Below, piece by piece: positions 24,386 through 34,977 of a DNA stretch of 41,316 nucleotides; position 1 is the stretch's first letter; each line of letters begins with the position of its first letter. The stretch covers positions 1-41,316 of the forward strand of contig MNYC01000006.1 in the NCBI GenBank assembly GCA_001872945.1, given 5' to 3'. Under the pieces are notes generated by a model. That model did no database searches. It had not been told where the DNA came from and was given only the letters and a program-made list of their open reading frames with translations. Position numbers and translations under genes: made by a program. Origin of the DNA: a bacterium CG2_30_37_16 (GTDB taxonomy: Bacteria; Patescibacteriota; CPR2).

Positions 24386-25378
24386 ATGAAAATCTTAGTT
24401 ACCGGAGGCGCTGGTTTTATAGGCTCTCATTTATCAAAAGCCTTAATCGAAAGGGGCGATAATGTTGTTATTATTGATAATTTTAATGATTTTTATGATC
24501 CAAAGCTAAAAAGGGATCGGATTTCCAAATTTCTTAAAGGCTGTAAGTTTACACTTTACGAGGGAGATATCAGGGATTATCAATTTTTAGAGACAATCTT
24601 TAAAAAAGAAAAGTTGGACAAGGTAATGCATTTAGCAGCGGTGGCTGGAGTGAGGCATTCATTAATTGACCCTTTTGTATATGAAGAAGTTAATGTTAGA
24701 GGTACCTTAAATCTATTGGAATTAAGTGTTAAATATAAAATTCAAAATTTTATTTTTGCTTCATCCTCTTCCGTCTATGGTTTAAGTAAAGAAGCTATTT
24801 TTTCGGAGCATCACTGTGTTGATTTTCCAATTTCCATGTACGCAGCTTCTAAAAGAGCGAAAGAATTAATGGCGCATGTTTATAGTCATATCCATGGTTT
24901 AAACACAGTCGGTCTTAGATATTTTTCAGTATACGGACCGTGGGGGCGGCCCGATATGGCATTATTTAAATTTACCAAAAATATTTTAGAGGATAAGCCG
25001 ATTGATGTTTATAATTATGGCAAGATGTCTCGCAGTTTCACTTACATTGACGATATAGTTACTGGTACACTTAAAGCGATTGATCAAAATTTTAAATATG
25101 AAATTATTAACATTGGCGGTGCTAAAGAAGAGCAACTAATGCGTTATATTAAGTTAATAGAAAAATATCTTGGAAAAAAAGCAAAAAAAAATCTTATGCC
25201 AATGCAACCCGGCGATATACATGTTTCAATGGCTGATTCTAGGAAACTTAGTAAATTAGATTGGAATCCCAAAACTTCAATAGATGAAGGCATCAAACAT
25301 TTTATAAACTGGTATAAAAATTATTACAACGTGGGCGATCAAGAAGAAGCAGAAGCCGAACAAACTGCAAGTGTTTAA
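24386..25378 (+). CDS. NAD-dependent epimerase, UDP-glucuronate 4-epimerase-like
   Basis: MKILVTGGAGFIGSH, SSSSVYG, YAASK and RYFSVYGPWGRPDMA closely follow the UGlcA 4-epimerase (Cap1J/LpsL-like) pattern. The start is ATG 24386, after AGAGGAG; the track start at 24377 is less likely. Confidence 0.85.
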   Translation: MKILVTGGAGFIGSHLSKALIERGDNVVIIDNFNDFYDPKLKRDRISKFLKGCKFTLYEGDIRDYQFLETIFKKEKLDKVMHLAAVAGVRHSLIDPFVYEEVNVRGTLNLLELSVKYKIQNFIFASSSSVYGLSKEAIFSEHHCVDFPISMYAASKRAKELMAHVYSHIHGLNTVGLRYFSVYGPWGRPDMALFKFTKNILEDKPIDVYNYGKMSRSFTYIDDIVTGTLKAIDQNFKYEIINIGGAKEEQLMRYIKLIEKYLGKKAKKNLMPMQPGDIHVSMADSRKLSKLDWNPKTSIDEGIKHFINWYKNYYNVGDQEEAEAEQTASV

Positions 25379-25383
25379 CCTTA

Positions 25384-26094
25384 ATGATCAGACGGCGGGT
25401 TTCTTTGATATTGCCTATTAGAAAGGCTAGAAAAACAGGGATGAAGAAGTTTGACTACAAAATTCAGGTTGATAAAGATATCTATAATTATAGAGGCAAA
25501 GTTGACTCTTTTTATAATCTCAGCCATCAGCTTAGTGATCTCTTTTACTTGATTAATAAATTTAGAATAAAAATACCAAAAATTCTTATTATAGGAACGG
25601 GGGATAATTTACTGAAGATAATATTAAATGAAAAGTATGGATTTGGGGCACAATCATTGGATATAGATCCATGTTTAAAGCCGGACTATGTGGGATCTGT
25701 GGATGATTTAGGGACGGTTTTAAAACAAAAATACGATATTATAGTTTGCGCCCATGTTTTAGAGCATTTGCCATTCGATTACTTCAATAAATCACTAAAC
25801 CAAATAAGGAAATTTTCAAATTATTCACTAATTTATTTGCCGAAAGCACAGTTACAATTTTTTACCGAAATAGGAATTTTACCTTTATGGAAAAAGAGGT
25901 TTAAGATTTCTTTGCCTTTATTTTTTAAAAAACATAAATTTGATGGGGAGCATTATTGGGAAATTGGCACCAAGGGTTATGCTGTCACGATTATAATGAA
26001 TTTTATCAAGGGCCATTTTTATATATTAAAAGATTATAATTCTCCATATTGGCTCTACAGTTATAATTTTATTTTAAAATCAAAGAAGAATTGA
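25384..26094 (+). CDS. class I SAM-dependent methyltransferase (putative)
   Basis: ILIIGTGDN and DIIVCAHVLEHLPF motifs. The start is uncertain; ATG 25441 (MKKFDYK) is plausible. Confidence 0.55.
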   Translation: MIRRRVSLILPIRKARKTGMKKFDYKIQVDKDIYNYRGKVDSFYNLSHQLSDLFYLINKFRIKIPKILIIGTGDNLLKIILNEKYGFGAQSLDIDPCLKPDYVGSVDDLGTVLKQKYDIIVCAHVLEHLPFDYFNKSLNQIRKFSNYSLIYLPKAQLQFFTEIGILPLWKKRFKISLPLFFKKHKFDGEHYWEIGTKGYAVTIIMNFIKGHFYILKDYNSPYWLYSYNFILKSKKN

Positions 26095-26095
26095 A

Positions 26096-27367
26096 ATGGG
26101 AATACTATCAATATTAACAATTAATTCTATTCATCAAAGGATTTTTAAGCAATCTGCCAGCAAGGAGATGAACCATTTTATTAAAGACCTTTCTTGGTCC
26201 ATTTTTGGCGGTGGCATTTCTAACATATTTGCTTTTATATTATTAGTTGTTGTTGCTCGCATTCTAGGTCCTCAGAACTTCGGCCAATATAATAGCCTAT
26301 TATCCTTTGCTGCCGGTATTTCGGTTATCTTTTTACTTGGTGTAAATGTTGGCAGCATTCGGTTTTTATCTGATACGGAATATAGGTTAAAACAAAGAGA
26401 AATTTTTACAGCTTCTCTTGTGCTCAGTTTGCTACAATCCGTTATCGTTACGATTATTCTTCTATATCTCCATTACTTTGTTCAAGTGAAGCTCTTTTCT
26501 GACTTGACATTTCTCTTGGGTCTTCTCTTTGCGTTTATTTTAAGTTTTAAAAATTTATTTGATAGTTATCTTAGGGCCTTTAATTTTATCGTTCAGCAAA
26601 GTTTTTTACGTATTGCGGAGATTTTAATAACTTTTGCTTCATTTATGGTTATCAGTTTTGTTATTGGTGAAATAAGTTACATCTCGCTTTTAATCGCTTT
26701 CATTATTGGGTCGACTTGTTTTATTTTTTATTCTGCATTCATTTTATTCAATAAATTAAGCCGTTTCACTTTAAAAGAGGTTTCATTATTGATTAACTAT
26801 AATAAAGTATTAATAATCTCTCTTGTGGGAACCTTTATTTTGAGTATGGATAAGTTTTTTATAGGAAAATTTATAGGTATAAAGGAATTGGGCGTTTATA
26901 GCGCTTACTATTCTCTTTCTTTTTTAATTATGTCCACTCTTGGATCTATTCTAATGAATGTTTTTTGGCCTGCTACAATAAAAAACAAAGAAAGTTTAAA
27001 GGAAATAGCCAGAAAGATGAGGGTATTATTTATAAAAGTTCTTCCCTTTTGGTTTATAGGAATATCATTGTTTATGACAAGTATGATACCATTTTTTGGA
27101 AGAGATTATAGGTTCAGTATAATTTTGATTATTTTATTTTCACTAAGTTCTTATAGTTTGTTAGTTTATAATGTTTTTTTAAGCTTTTTAAGTATTAATA
27201 GTATTAAAAGTAGTGCAGTTTTTGTAAGTATTTCTGCTCTTATCTTAGTATCGACGATATTAATTTTTAAGGATATAAAAATTTACCTTTTCTCCCAGAT
27301 ATTAATTTATGGCATATGCTCCAAAATATTTTTTAGTAAAATTATTCTTGAAAAGAAGGGCAAATGA
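26096..27367 (+). CDS. Wzx-like oligosaccharide flippase (MOP superfamily)
   Basis: 423 aa with about 12 TM segments, in a glycan-cluster context. Confidence 0.65.
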   Translation: MGILSILTINSIHQRIFKQSASKEMNHFIKDLSWSIFGGGISNIFAFILLVVVARILGPQNFGQYNSLLSFAAGISVIFLLGVNVGSIRFLSDTEYRLKQREIFTASLVLSLLQSVIVTIILLYLHYFVQVKLFSDLTFLLGLLFAFILSFKNLFDSYLRAFNFIVQQSFLRIAEILITFASFMVISFVIGEISYISLLIAFIIGSTCFIFYSAFILFNKLSRFTLKEVSLLINYNKVLIISLVGTFILSMDKFFIGKFIGIKELGVYSAYYSLSFLIMSTLGSILMNVFWPATIKNKESLKEIARKMRVLFIKVLPFWFIGISLFMTSMIPFFGRDYRFSIILIILFSLSSYSLLVYNVFLSFLSINSIKSSAVFVSISALILVSTILIFKDIKIYLFSQILIYGICSKIFFSKIILEKKGK

Positions 27368-28314
27368 TAAAAATATCAGTTGTTATACCTACATTCAACC
27401 GTGATTGGTGCATAGTAAGAGCAATCAAATCAGTTTTAAGCCAAAATTATGATAATTGGCAAATTATTTTAATTGACGACGGATCCATTGATAGAACAAA
27501 AAATATTTTAGAGCCTTATTTAAAAAGCGATACAAGGATTAAATATATTTATAAGATTAATGGGGGTGTAGGGTCTGCAAGGAACGTTGGCATTGAATAT
27601 ATAATAAGGAATAATAATAATTTAAAGAATAATTACATTTTATTTTTAGATAGTGATGATGAGCTGACTGAAAATGCTTTAACGGTAATCAAAGAATCTA
27701 TTAAAAAAAATAATAATCAAGAAATATTCTTTTTTGGCAGTTCCAGTGAAAAGGATAAGAAAAATTACTATATGCTGAAAAAAAATTTAATGATTGGTTT
27801 TAAAGAGCTTTTGAGCGATAAATATACTTCTGGAGAGCGTGTAGCTATAGTGATGGCAAGAGTATTTAAGCATAAAGAATTTCGTTTCAAAGAGAATATT
27901 TGCGGCGGTGAAGCTATGCTCTGGTGGGAAATGGCTAAAAAAATTTGTATCTTATGTATAGATGAGGTTGTAGTTATAACACATACGGGATCTAAAAATT
28001 CAATTACAAGAGGTGAATTAAATAATAATTCAGTTAATAACATTTATAATATTAGCCAAGAAATAATCCGTTTATATTCCGAAGATCTTAAGAGGTATAA
28101 TAAAAAATTTTTAGGTTCAAATTATTTCGTTTATGCTAGGGCTACTGCATTACTCGGAAATAGAAAAAAAAGTATAAAATTATTTTTTAATGGCTTAATC
28201 TTAAATCCTTTTGATCTAAAAAGGATATCAATTTATTTATTATCCATGGTAGATTATAACCTAAAGCTAATAAATTTTTTACAGAAGGTAGAGTCTAGGT
28301 TTAAATTTTTATAG
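27364..28314 (+). CDS. family 2 glycosyltransferase
   Basis: ISVVIPTFNR ... ILIDDGSIDRT ... LDSDDE motifs. ATGA overlaps the flippase gene. Confidence 0.85.
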   Translation: MIKISVVIPTFNRDWCIVRAIKSVLSQNYDNWQIILIDDGSIDRTKNILEPYLKSDTRIKYIYKINGGVGSARNVGIEYIIRNNNNLKNNYILFLDSDDELTENALTVIKESIKKNNNQEIFFFGSSSEKDKKNYYMLKKNLMIGFKELLSDKYTSGERVAIVMARVFKHKEFRFKENICGGEAMLWWEMAKKICILCIDEVVVITHTGSKNSITRGELNNNSVNNIYNISQEIIRLYSEDLKRYNKKFLGSNYFVYARATALLGNRKKSIKLFFNGLILNPFDLKRISIYLLSMVDYNLKLINFLQKVESRFKFL

Positions 28315-28323
28315 GGTGAAGCG

Positions 28324-29043
28324 ATGACAAATAAAAAAAATACAGATAAGGAGCTATGGGAATTCCATCAAACGGAAAATATTGCAGTTTTTGAAGTAGG
28401 CCATCCAAGACAAGATATGTTATATAAACAGGCGCTTAGCCTTAGGAAGGATGGAAATGTCTTGGAGATTGGGTTTGGTGATGGATATTTGCTCAATAAG
28501 CTTGCCAAAAATTATCATTGTTATGGTGCTGATATTTCACAGGGTAATTTAAAAAGATTAAGCAAAAGCTGTAAATATATTAATACTAGTTTAATTGATA
28601 TAGATGGCAAAATCCCTTTCAAAGATAATATGTTTGATTTTTTCATCGCCTCAGAAGTTTTGGAGCATATGAACAATAGAGAACTTATGGTTTGTATTAA
28701 AGAAATGCTTAGAGTGTTGAAGCCTGATGGATATGCGATTTTAACAGTTCCAGCAGATGAGAATCTAAAAAATAATGAGTGTTTTTGTCCAAATTGTAAA
28801 AATATATTTCATCGTTGGGGTCACGAGCAAACGTGGAGTATAGGTAAAGTTAAAAAAGAATTTAAAGAATTTAAAATAATTAAAATAAAAAAGTTTTGGA
28901 ATCGTTATATCGAGAAAAGCAAAATCCAAAATCTAGCTAGTTACATGCCATACATACTTAGAATTATTTTTGGAAAAATCCTTAAATTAGAAAATAGCAA
29001 TTATTTAATTATTCTTAAAAAAAAGTCTAAAAAAGGAGAATAA
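28324..29043 (+). CDS. class I SAM-dependent methyltransferase
   Basis: VLEIGFGDGYL, FIASEVLEHM and LKPDGYAILTVP motifs. Confidence 0.8.
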   Translation: MTNKKNTDKELWEFHQTENIAVFEVGHPRQDMLYKQALSLRKDGNVLEIGFGDGYLLNKLAKNYHCYGADISQGNLKRLSKSCKYINTSLIDIDGKIPFKDNMFDFFIASEVLEHMNNRELMVCIKEMLRVLKPDGYAILTVPADENLKNNECFCPNCKNIFHRWGHEQTWSIGKVKKEFKEFKIIKIKKFWNRYIEKSKIQNLASYMPYILRIIFGKILKLENSNYLIILKKKSKKGE

Positions 29044-29044
29044 T

Positions 29045-29886
29045 TTGAAAAAAAATAAAGAGTTATACGAGGATAATTATAAAATGGGAGCGCATTTTAG
29101 TTTTGGGAAAAACTGGAGTAATTTCTTAAGCAATTTGAATGATAAAAAAATTGATGAAGCCGAAAATCTTTAAAGAGTTTTTTAGAAGTAGATACTTTAA
29201 AAGGAAAAACTTTCATTGATATAGGTTGTGGCAGCGGTTTATTTTCCTTAGTGGCTTATAATATGGGCGCTAAAGAAGTAGTGAGTGTTGATATTGATCA
29301 ATTTTCGATTAAATGTGTCCAGCAGTTATGGATTAGGGAAAATAAGCCAAAGAATTGGAAAATAATTACCGGATCCGTCTTAGATAAAAATTTTATTAAA
29401 TCTTTGGGACAATTTGATGTTGTATATTCTTGGGGCGTCTTGCATCATACAGGCGATATGTATAGAGCTTTTGGAAACGTAATTAATTTAGTCAAAAACA
29501 ATGGATTAATGTTTCTGGCAATCTATAATAAATGCCATGGCAAAAATGCTATATTGGCAGGATCCTCTCGGTTCTGGTTAAGAGTTAAAAGGAAATATAA
29601 TAATTCCGGAAATATCGGTAAAAAAATAATTGAATTTTTATATTATGTTTATTTCTTCCTTGGTTTTTTTATTTTACTTAAAAATCCCTTTAAATACATT
29701 AAAAACTATGGGGAAAGAGGAATGAGTTTTTATTATGACATAATCGATTGGCTTGGAGGTTATCCTTATGAATTTGCAACAGGCGACGAGCTGATAAACT
29801 ATTTTTCAAAAAAAAGTTTTCTTACAAAAAAAGTAAAATTTACCGATAATACAGGATGCAATGAACTGCTCTTTTTAAAAAAGTAA
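29045..29886 (+). pseudogene. class I SAM-dependent methyltransferase interrupted by a -1 frameshift near 29162-29173
   Basis: The N-part (TTG 29045 or ATG 29084) reads ...SFGKNWSNFLSNLNDKKIDEAENL then stops at 29171-29173. The other frame is open from 29158 and continues KSLKSFLEVDTLKGKTFIDIGCGSGLFS...VLHHTGD. One extra A in the AAAA run (29163-29166) restores ...IDEAEKSLKSFL.... Confidence 0.6.
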
Positions 29887-29889
29887 AAT

Positions 29890-30990
29890 TTAAATCGAGT
29901 TATATAATTTAACGATTTTTTTAATAATTATATCTGAGTCAAAATTTTTAATAATGGTTTCTTTGGCGTTATTACCAAGTCTTTTACAAAGTACTTTATC
30001 TTTTATTAATTTTCTAATCGCAGATTCCAATGATAAACTATCTTCAACCGGCACCAGCAAGCCATTTTCGTTATGTTTAATTAATTCTTTATTAACATCA
30101 ATGTCGGTTGTAACAATTGGCAGGCCGCTGGCCATTGCTTCCAAGATGGCATTACTCATGCCTTCCGATAATGTTGGCAAAGTAAAGATATCGCTAATAT
30201 TTAAAATCTGGGCTACGTCTTTACGGATTCCCAGAAAATATATATTTTTTTTTGATTTGTATTTTTTTATTAGACTTTTCAGTCTTTCTTCTTCTTCTCC
30301 ATCTCCAACTAGAAGCAGATTAATATTTTTTTTATCTTTATATATATTTTCAAAGGCTTCTAAAAGGTATTCATGGCCCTTGCCTTTTCTAAGTCTTGCA
30401 AGGCATGTAATATTTAAATTGTTCGGATTAATTTTTAGCTTTTTCTTTTTATTCTCTTTATCAAGAGAGAAATCAAAGGTTTTTATGTCTATAATATTGG
30501 GAATAACTGTAAATTTTTTTTCCGATAAACCTAATATTTTCGCTGTTTCTTTTCGTGCAGTCTCTGTTTGTACCGTATAATGGCTTACAAATTTTTTTGT
30601 TAACCGGTCATATTTCCTTAAAAATTCCCATTGTAGCAGTGCCCCCCTTTCATTGCAGATTATTTTTTTAATGCCAAAAATTCTTCCAAAAATTCTTCCA
30701 AATAGGTTGGGATGAATTAAATAAGTGGAAAGTACCTCCGGTTTAAAATCATTTATTAGTTTTCTAAATCTTATAATAAAACCTATGTTGTATATTTTTT
30801 TTAAGTCTAAATAATAAACTGGCACCCCTTGTTCTTCTAACATTGTTCCTATTGGCCACCGTCCTTTTATGCAGCAAACTCGGCAATCTACATGTTTTTT
30901 AAGCTTTGGCAAAGTTTTTAGAAGTGCCATTTCCATTCCGCCTATATCTAAAGCGGTTACCAATATTAATATTTTTTTATTTTTAGCCAA
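29890..30990 (-). CDS. family 4 (GT-B) glycosyltransferase
   Basis: The C-terminal EGMSNAILEAMASGLPIVTTD motif is typical of GT4. TTG start. It contains an in-frame 12-bp tandem duplication. Confidence 0.85.
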   Translation of the reverse strand: MAKNKKILILVTALDIGGMEMALLKTLPKLKKHVDCRVCCIKGRWPIGTMLEEQGVPVYYLDLKKIYNIGFIIRFRKLINDFKPEVLSTYLIHPNLFGRIFGRIFGIKKIICNERGALLQWEFLRKYDRLTKKFVSHYTVQTETARKETAKILGLSEKKFTVIPNIIDIKTFDFSLDKENKKKKLKINPNNLNITCLARLRKGKGHEYLLEAFENIYKDKKNINLLLVGDGEEEERLKSLIKKYKSKKNIYFLGIRKDVAQILNISDIFTLPTLSEGMSNAILEAMASGLPIVTTDIDVNKELIKHNENGLLVPVEDSLSLESAIRKLIKDKVLCKRLGNNAKETIIKNFDSDIIIKKIVKLYNSI

Positions 30991-32869
30991 AATATTCCTC
31001 CAACCAAAGTTCTAGCATGAGTAATGCCCATATTCTATATTGATGGTCCATGCCTCTTGCATGTTCTGAAAGCAAGCGGCTAATTTCTTTTTTTTTAAAT
31101 AAACTTCTTGAGGTTGCTTTTTTAGACAGCAAAGTTTGTTTTGTAAAGCTTTCCAGATCATTTCTAAACCATGTATTTATAGGTACGCCAAACCCCATTT
31201 TTGGCCTGTATAAAATTTCGTTAGGAATAAAATTCTCCAAAGCTTTTTTAAAAATGTATTTTTTGTTAGTTAAACCGGAAAGTTTTAGTTCGGGCGGAAC
31301 TTTTGCCGTAAGTTCTAAGAATTTATGATCAAGCAGGGGGGAACGGCATTCAAGAGATACTGCCATACTTGCAATATCAATTTTTGCCAGCAGATCATCC
31401 GGTAAGTAAGATACAAAATCGGTATATAACACCTGATCAATCTTATTCTTGATATTGGCGCCATTGAATTTTTCGGCAATTATCTTATAAGTGTCTTCTG
31501 GCCAGACTTGATTCTTAAAGTTATCGGTATAAAGAGATTCTTTGTCCTCGTTATTAAAGTAAGCTATGTATTCAAGGTATCTTGATCTATAGTCATCAGA
31601 GGCTGATTTAGAGAAACGGTGAGCTCTTGCAAAGAAAGGATTATTTGTATTATTTGCAAGCATTTTGGTAGCTGGCAAAACCATAGCTTTGTTTATTAGG
31701 CCTAGTTTAGCATAAAGCAAAGATAATTTAAATGCGCTATATCTGCTGTATCCAGCAAAGTTTTCATCGCCTCCATCTCCATTTAAGGCCACTGTAACAT
31801 GTTCTTTCGTTAGTTTGCTTAAGTAGCAGGTGGGAAGGGCGCTGCTATCAGCAAAAGGCTCTTCATATTGTTTTGCAAGCATCCTCAAATCTTCTAAAGC
31901 ATTTGGTTTAACAATAAATTCCGTATGGTCTGTTTTAAAGAGATCCGCAATTTTACGAGCGTATTTTAGTTCATTATACTTTTTTTCCTCAAAGCCGATG
32001 GAAAAAGTTTTTATCGGGGTTTTGCTGAATTTACTCATGATGCCAACTATAGCGCTGGAATCAATTCCACCGGATAAGAAGGCTCCTAGGGGGACATCAG
32101 AAACCATCCTTAATTTTACTGATTCTTCCAATTTGCCATTAATTTTACGAGACCATTCATCTTCTGTTAGCTTCATTTTTTTGGAATAATCTAGCTTCCA
32201 ATATTGCTCCTTTATGATCTTTTTGCCATTCAAATTTAAAAATAAATAATGACCCGGTTCCAGTTTTTTAATGCCTTTAAAACCGGTAAGTGGGGCAGGG
32301 CAGTATTGTAGAGTTAGATAGTGGTGAATGGCGGTCCAGTCCGGTTCTTTTATATATTCTTTTTGCGTTAAGATACTTTTTAATTCCGAAGCGAAAATAA
32401 AAACATTTTCATCTAAATAGTATTTGAAGGGTTTTTTACCGACCCTATCTCTTGCTGCAAAAATAGTGTTTTCCTTTTCGTCAAAAATGACAAAAGCAAA
32501 CATGCCTCGAAGGTGATCTAAGCATTTTTTACCATATTTATCGTAAAGAGCCAGAATAACTTCCGTATCGGTTTTTGATTTAAATTGGTAACCGTCTTTT
32601 TTTAATTTTTCACGTAGAATCTGAAAATTATATATCTCGCCGTTATACGAAATCCAGTATCGGTTTAGATAATTCATTGGCTGATGGCCAAGAGGGGAGA
32701 GATCAATAACGGAAAGACGGCGGTGCCCCATGCCTACTCTTTTATTCTTAGAAATATAAACGCCGCTATCATCCGGTCCACGATGGGTAATTTTTTCGTT
32801 CATAGCTTCGATATCTCGAACTAGGACTTCTTTATTATTAAAATAAGCCTTGCCTGCTATTCCGCACAT
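30983..32869 (-). CDS. asparagine synthase (glutamine-hydrolysing) family amidotransferase
   Basis: MCGIAG N-terminal nucleophile, SGGIDSS PP-loop; 628 aa. It sits inside the glycan cluster, so sugar/uronate amidation is likely. Confidence 0.9.
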   Translation of the reverse strand: MCGIAGKAYFNNKEVLVRDIEAMNEKITHRGPDDSGVYISKNKRVGMGHRRLSVIDLSPLGHQPMNYLNRYWISYNGEIYNFQILREKLKKDGYQFKSKTDTEVILALYDKYGKKCLDHLRGMFAFVIFDEKENTIFAARDRVGKKPFKYYLDENVFIFASELKSILTQKEYIKEPDWTAIHHYLTLQYCPAPLTGFKGIKKLEPGHYLFLNLNGKKIIKEQYWKLDYSKKMKLTEDEWSRKINGKLEESVKLRMVSDVPLGAFLSGGIDSSAIVGIMSKFSKTPIKTFSIGFEEKKYNELKYARKIADLFKTDHTEFIVKPNALEDLRMLAKQYEEPFADSSALPTCYLSKLTKEHVTVALNGDGGDENFAGYSRYSAFKLSLLYAKLGLINKAMVLPATKMLANNTNNPFFARAHRFSKSASDDYRSRYLEYIAYFNNEDKESLYTDNFKNQVWPEDTYKIIAEKFNGANIKNKIDQVLYTDFVSYLPDDLLAKIDIASMAVSLECRSPLLDHKFLELTAKVPPELKLSGLTNKKYIFKKALENFIPNEILYRPKMGFGVPINTWFRNDLESFTKQTLLSKKATSRSLFKKKEISRLLSEHARGMDHQYRIWALLMLELWLEEYFG

Positions 32870-33963
32870 ATTTTTTCTCTTATGCCCTTTTTTTTACATA
32901 ATTTAATAAAATTTAAGTATTGGATTTCCCATGAAAATTTTTCTTTAATAATTTCGAATGTATTTGTCTTAAGTTCTTGGTTACTCAGAACATTTATAAT
33001 TTTTTTCTGTAATGATTTTAAATTCCTCGGTTTATAAAGAATTATTCCCGGGATTTCTTTGGTGCCTCCCGTATCAGTAGCTATAACTGGTACATTGCAG
33101 GCCAAAGCTTCCAGTATTGTTGTGGAAATACCTTCGGAATAGGAAGGGTTAACAAAAAGGTTGCTTCGATACAAATTTTGAATAACTTTTTTATTTGATA
33201 TATTTCCAAGCAGTAAAATTTTGGGATTTTTTTTCTTTTCTAATTTTTTCTTTTCCGGTCCATCACCAATGACAACTAGTTTCAATTTTGGAAAGTCTGG
33301 AGATATTTTTTCGAAAACTTCTACTAAATCCCAAATACCTTTTTGTTCTACCAAACGGCCGATGAATATAATTTGGTTTTCGGGCTGTAATTTACCAATA
33401 AAATTTTTAGGGTCAATACTGTTATAGATAATTGAATAATTTTTTGCGCCAAGGTGCTTTGTAAATTCTCCGGCAGCTTTACTGGTTGCAATAACTCCGT
33501 TTGATAATTTGAAAAAAAGGGTTCCTAAGGTATGGTCGCATGTTCTTGCTATTATATTTAAAAACGGGTTGTTAAGCCATGTGTGACAACTGCCGTGCTC
33601 CGTTGCAAAAACCCTAATTTTTTTAAACCTGGCATAAAGGACGGAAACAAAAGATAGTATATAGAATCTGACGTGAATATTAACAATGTCTTGGTTATTG
33701 AACGTTTTTTTAAATAGCTTAATGTTTTTTAGACTTGGTTTGAGGAGCGGGAATTGACTTCCAACAAAAGGGGATTTAAAACAGCTTAGTCTAATTATTT
33801 TAACGCCTTTAATTTTTTCTTCCTGTCTTACTTTTTCAGTGTTGCAGCACAAAACCGTAACTTGGTGGCCATCTTTTATTAATTCCTGGCTTAAATTGAA
33901 AATGTATTGTTCAACGCCGCCATTGTGAGGTTTGTAAAAACTAGAAATAAAGAGGATTTTCAT
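32857..33963 (-). CDS. family 4 (GT-B) glycosyltransferase
   Basis: EGISTTILEALACNVPVIATDTGG motif and N-terminal GGVEQY. Confidence 0.85.
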   Translation of the reverse strand: MKILFISSFYKPHNGGVEQYIFNLSQELIKDGHQVTVLCCNTEKVRQEEKIKGVKIIRLSCFKSPFVGSQFPLLKPSLKNIKLFKKTFNNQDIVNIHVRFYILSFVSVLYARFKKIRVFATEHGSCHTWLNNPFLNIIARTCDHTLGTLFFKLSNGVIATSKAAGEFTKHLGAKNYSIIYNSIDPKNFIGKLQPENQIIFIGRLVEQKGIWDLVEVFEKISPDFPKLKLVVIGDGPEKKKLEKKKNPKILLLGNISNKKVIQNLYRSNLFVNPSYSEGISTTILEALACNVPVIATDTGGTKEIPGIILYKPRNLKSLQKKIINVLSNQELKTNTFEIIKEKFSWEIQYLNFIKLCKKKGIREKICAE

Positions 33964-34298
33964 TCTTCCTTTTCCGCTTCTCTTAGGGCAAGTTCTCTGG
34001 TTAGTTTGGTGATGTCTTTTTCGATCTGCGTTAGTTTAAAATAGATTCGATAAATAGAATAAAAGATGATTAAAATGGCAAAAAAGACGGCGGCATCGAA
34101 ACCTCGGCCAACGCCTAAAAGTTTGGCCAGTTTGTCCGTGGTACCCGGATACATAGCAGCTACGCCAGTTACCAGCCAGATAATTGACCATGAAACAAGT
34201 TCGGCAATTCTGGCCTCGCCTTTTTTCACTCTTATGGCAATCCTAGACCATGCAAAGAAAATAAATAAAAATGTAATTATTTTAACGCCGCTAATCAT
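33960..34298 (-). CDS. DUF2304-like small membrane protein
   Basis: 112 aa with 3 TM segments plus a C-terminal amphipathic/charged helix. It has the typical position directly downstream of a Dpm1-like GT2. Confidence 0.6.
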   Translation of the reverse strand: MISGVKIITFLFIFFAWSRIAIRVKKGEARIAELVSWSIIWLVTGVAAMYPGTTDKLAKLLGVGRGFDAAVFFAILIIFYSIYRIYFKLTQIEKDITKLTRELALREAEKEE

Positions 34299-34977
34299 TA
34301 AACCCTCTCCAAATCATCTTGAAAATTATATTAAATATGTTTGTGTTTTTCTGCCCTTTATCCAAAGAATATTTAGAATAAATCGCTTTTACCGGCACTT
34401 CGGTAACTCTTAACTTTTTAAGACCGATTTCCCTTATGATCTCTGAAGAAACTTCCATCCGGTCAGATTTTATATTAATAACTTTTAAGGCTTTTGCCGA
34501 AAATGCCCTAATGCCGGACTGCGAATCGGTTGTCCAAACTCCAAAAAACAAATATGTTGCCAAGTTTAGACCTAAGTTGCCGATAATCCGGTACCAAGGC
34601 ATTCCTTCTCGGTTTTTGAGACGGCTACCAATTACTACATCTGTTTTTTTTCTAAGTATTGGTTTTATAATTTTTTCGATGTCTCTCGGATCGTGTTGTC
34701 CGTCTGCGTCAACCGTAACTAAAATGTCGGCGCCATTCTTTCTGGCATATAGAAAGCCGGTATTTAATGCAGCGCCCAAACCTCGGTTCACCATGTGGCT
34801 TATAACTTTTACTTTTGGGAATCGTTTTAGTTCAGATAGAGTATTGTCGGTTGAGCCGTCATTTATTACCACAACCTGTATTTTGTCTATGCCGTCAATT
34901 TTTGACGGAAGACCTTTTAAAACCTTGGCAATGATTTTACCTTCGTTAAAGGCAGGTAGCGTAATAAATAATTTCAT
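34291..34977 (-). CDS. family 2 glycosyltransferase, polyprenol-phosphate sugar synthase (Dpm1/GtrB-like)
   Basis: LPAFNEG, VVVINDGSTDNT, NRGLGAAL and VDADGQHDP motifs. ATG 34977 is preferred over the track TTG at 35001. Confidence 0.85.
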   Translation of the reverse strand: MKLFITLPAFNEGKIIAKVLKGLPSKIDGIDKIQVVVINDGSTDNTLSELKRFPKVKVISHMVNRGLGAALNTGFLYARKNGADILVTVDADGQHDPRDIEKIIKPILRKKTDVVIGSRLKNREGMPWYRIIGNLGLNLATYLFFGVWTTDSQSGIRAFSAKALKVINIKSDRMEVSSEIIREIGLKKLRVTEVPVKAIYSKYSLDKGQKNTNIFNIIFKMIWRGFND

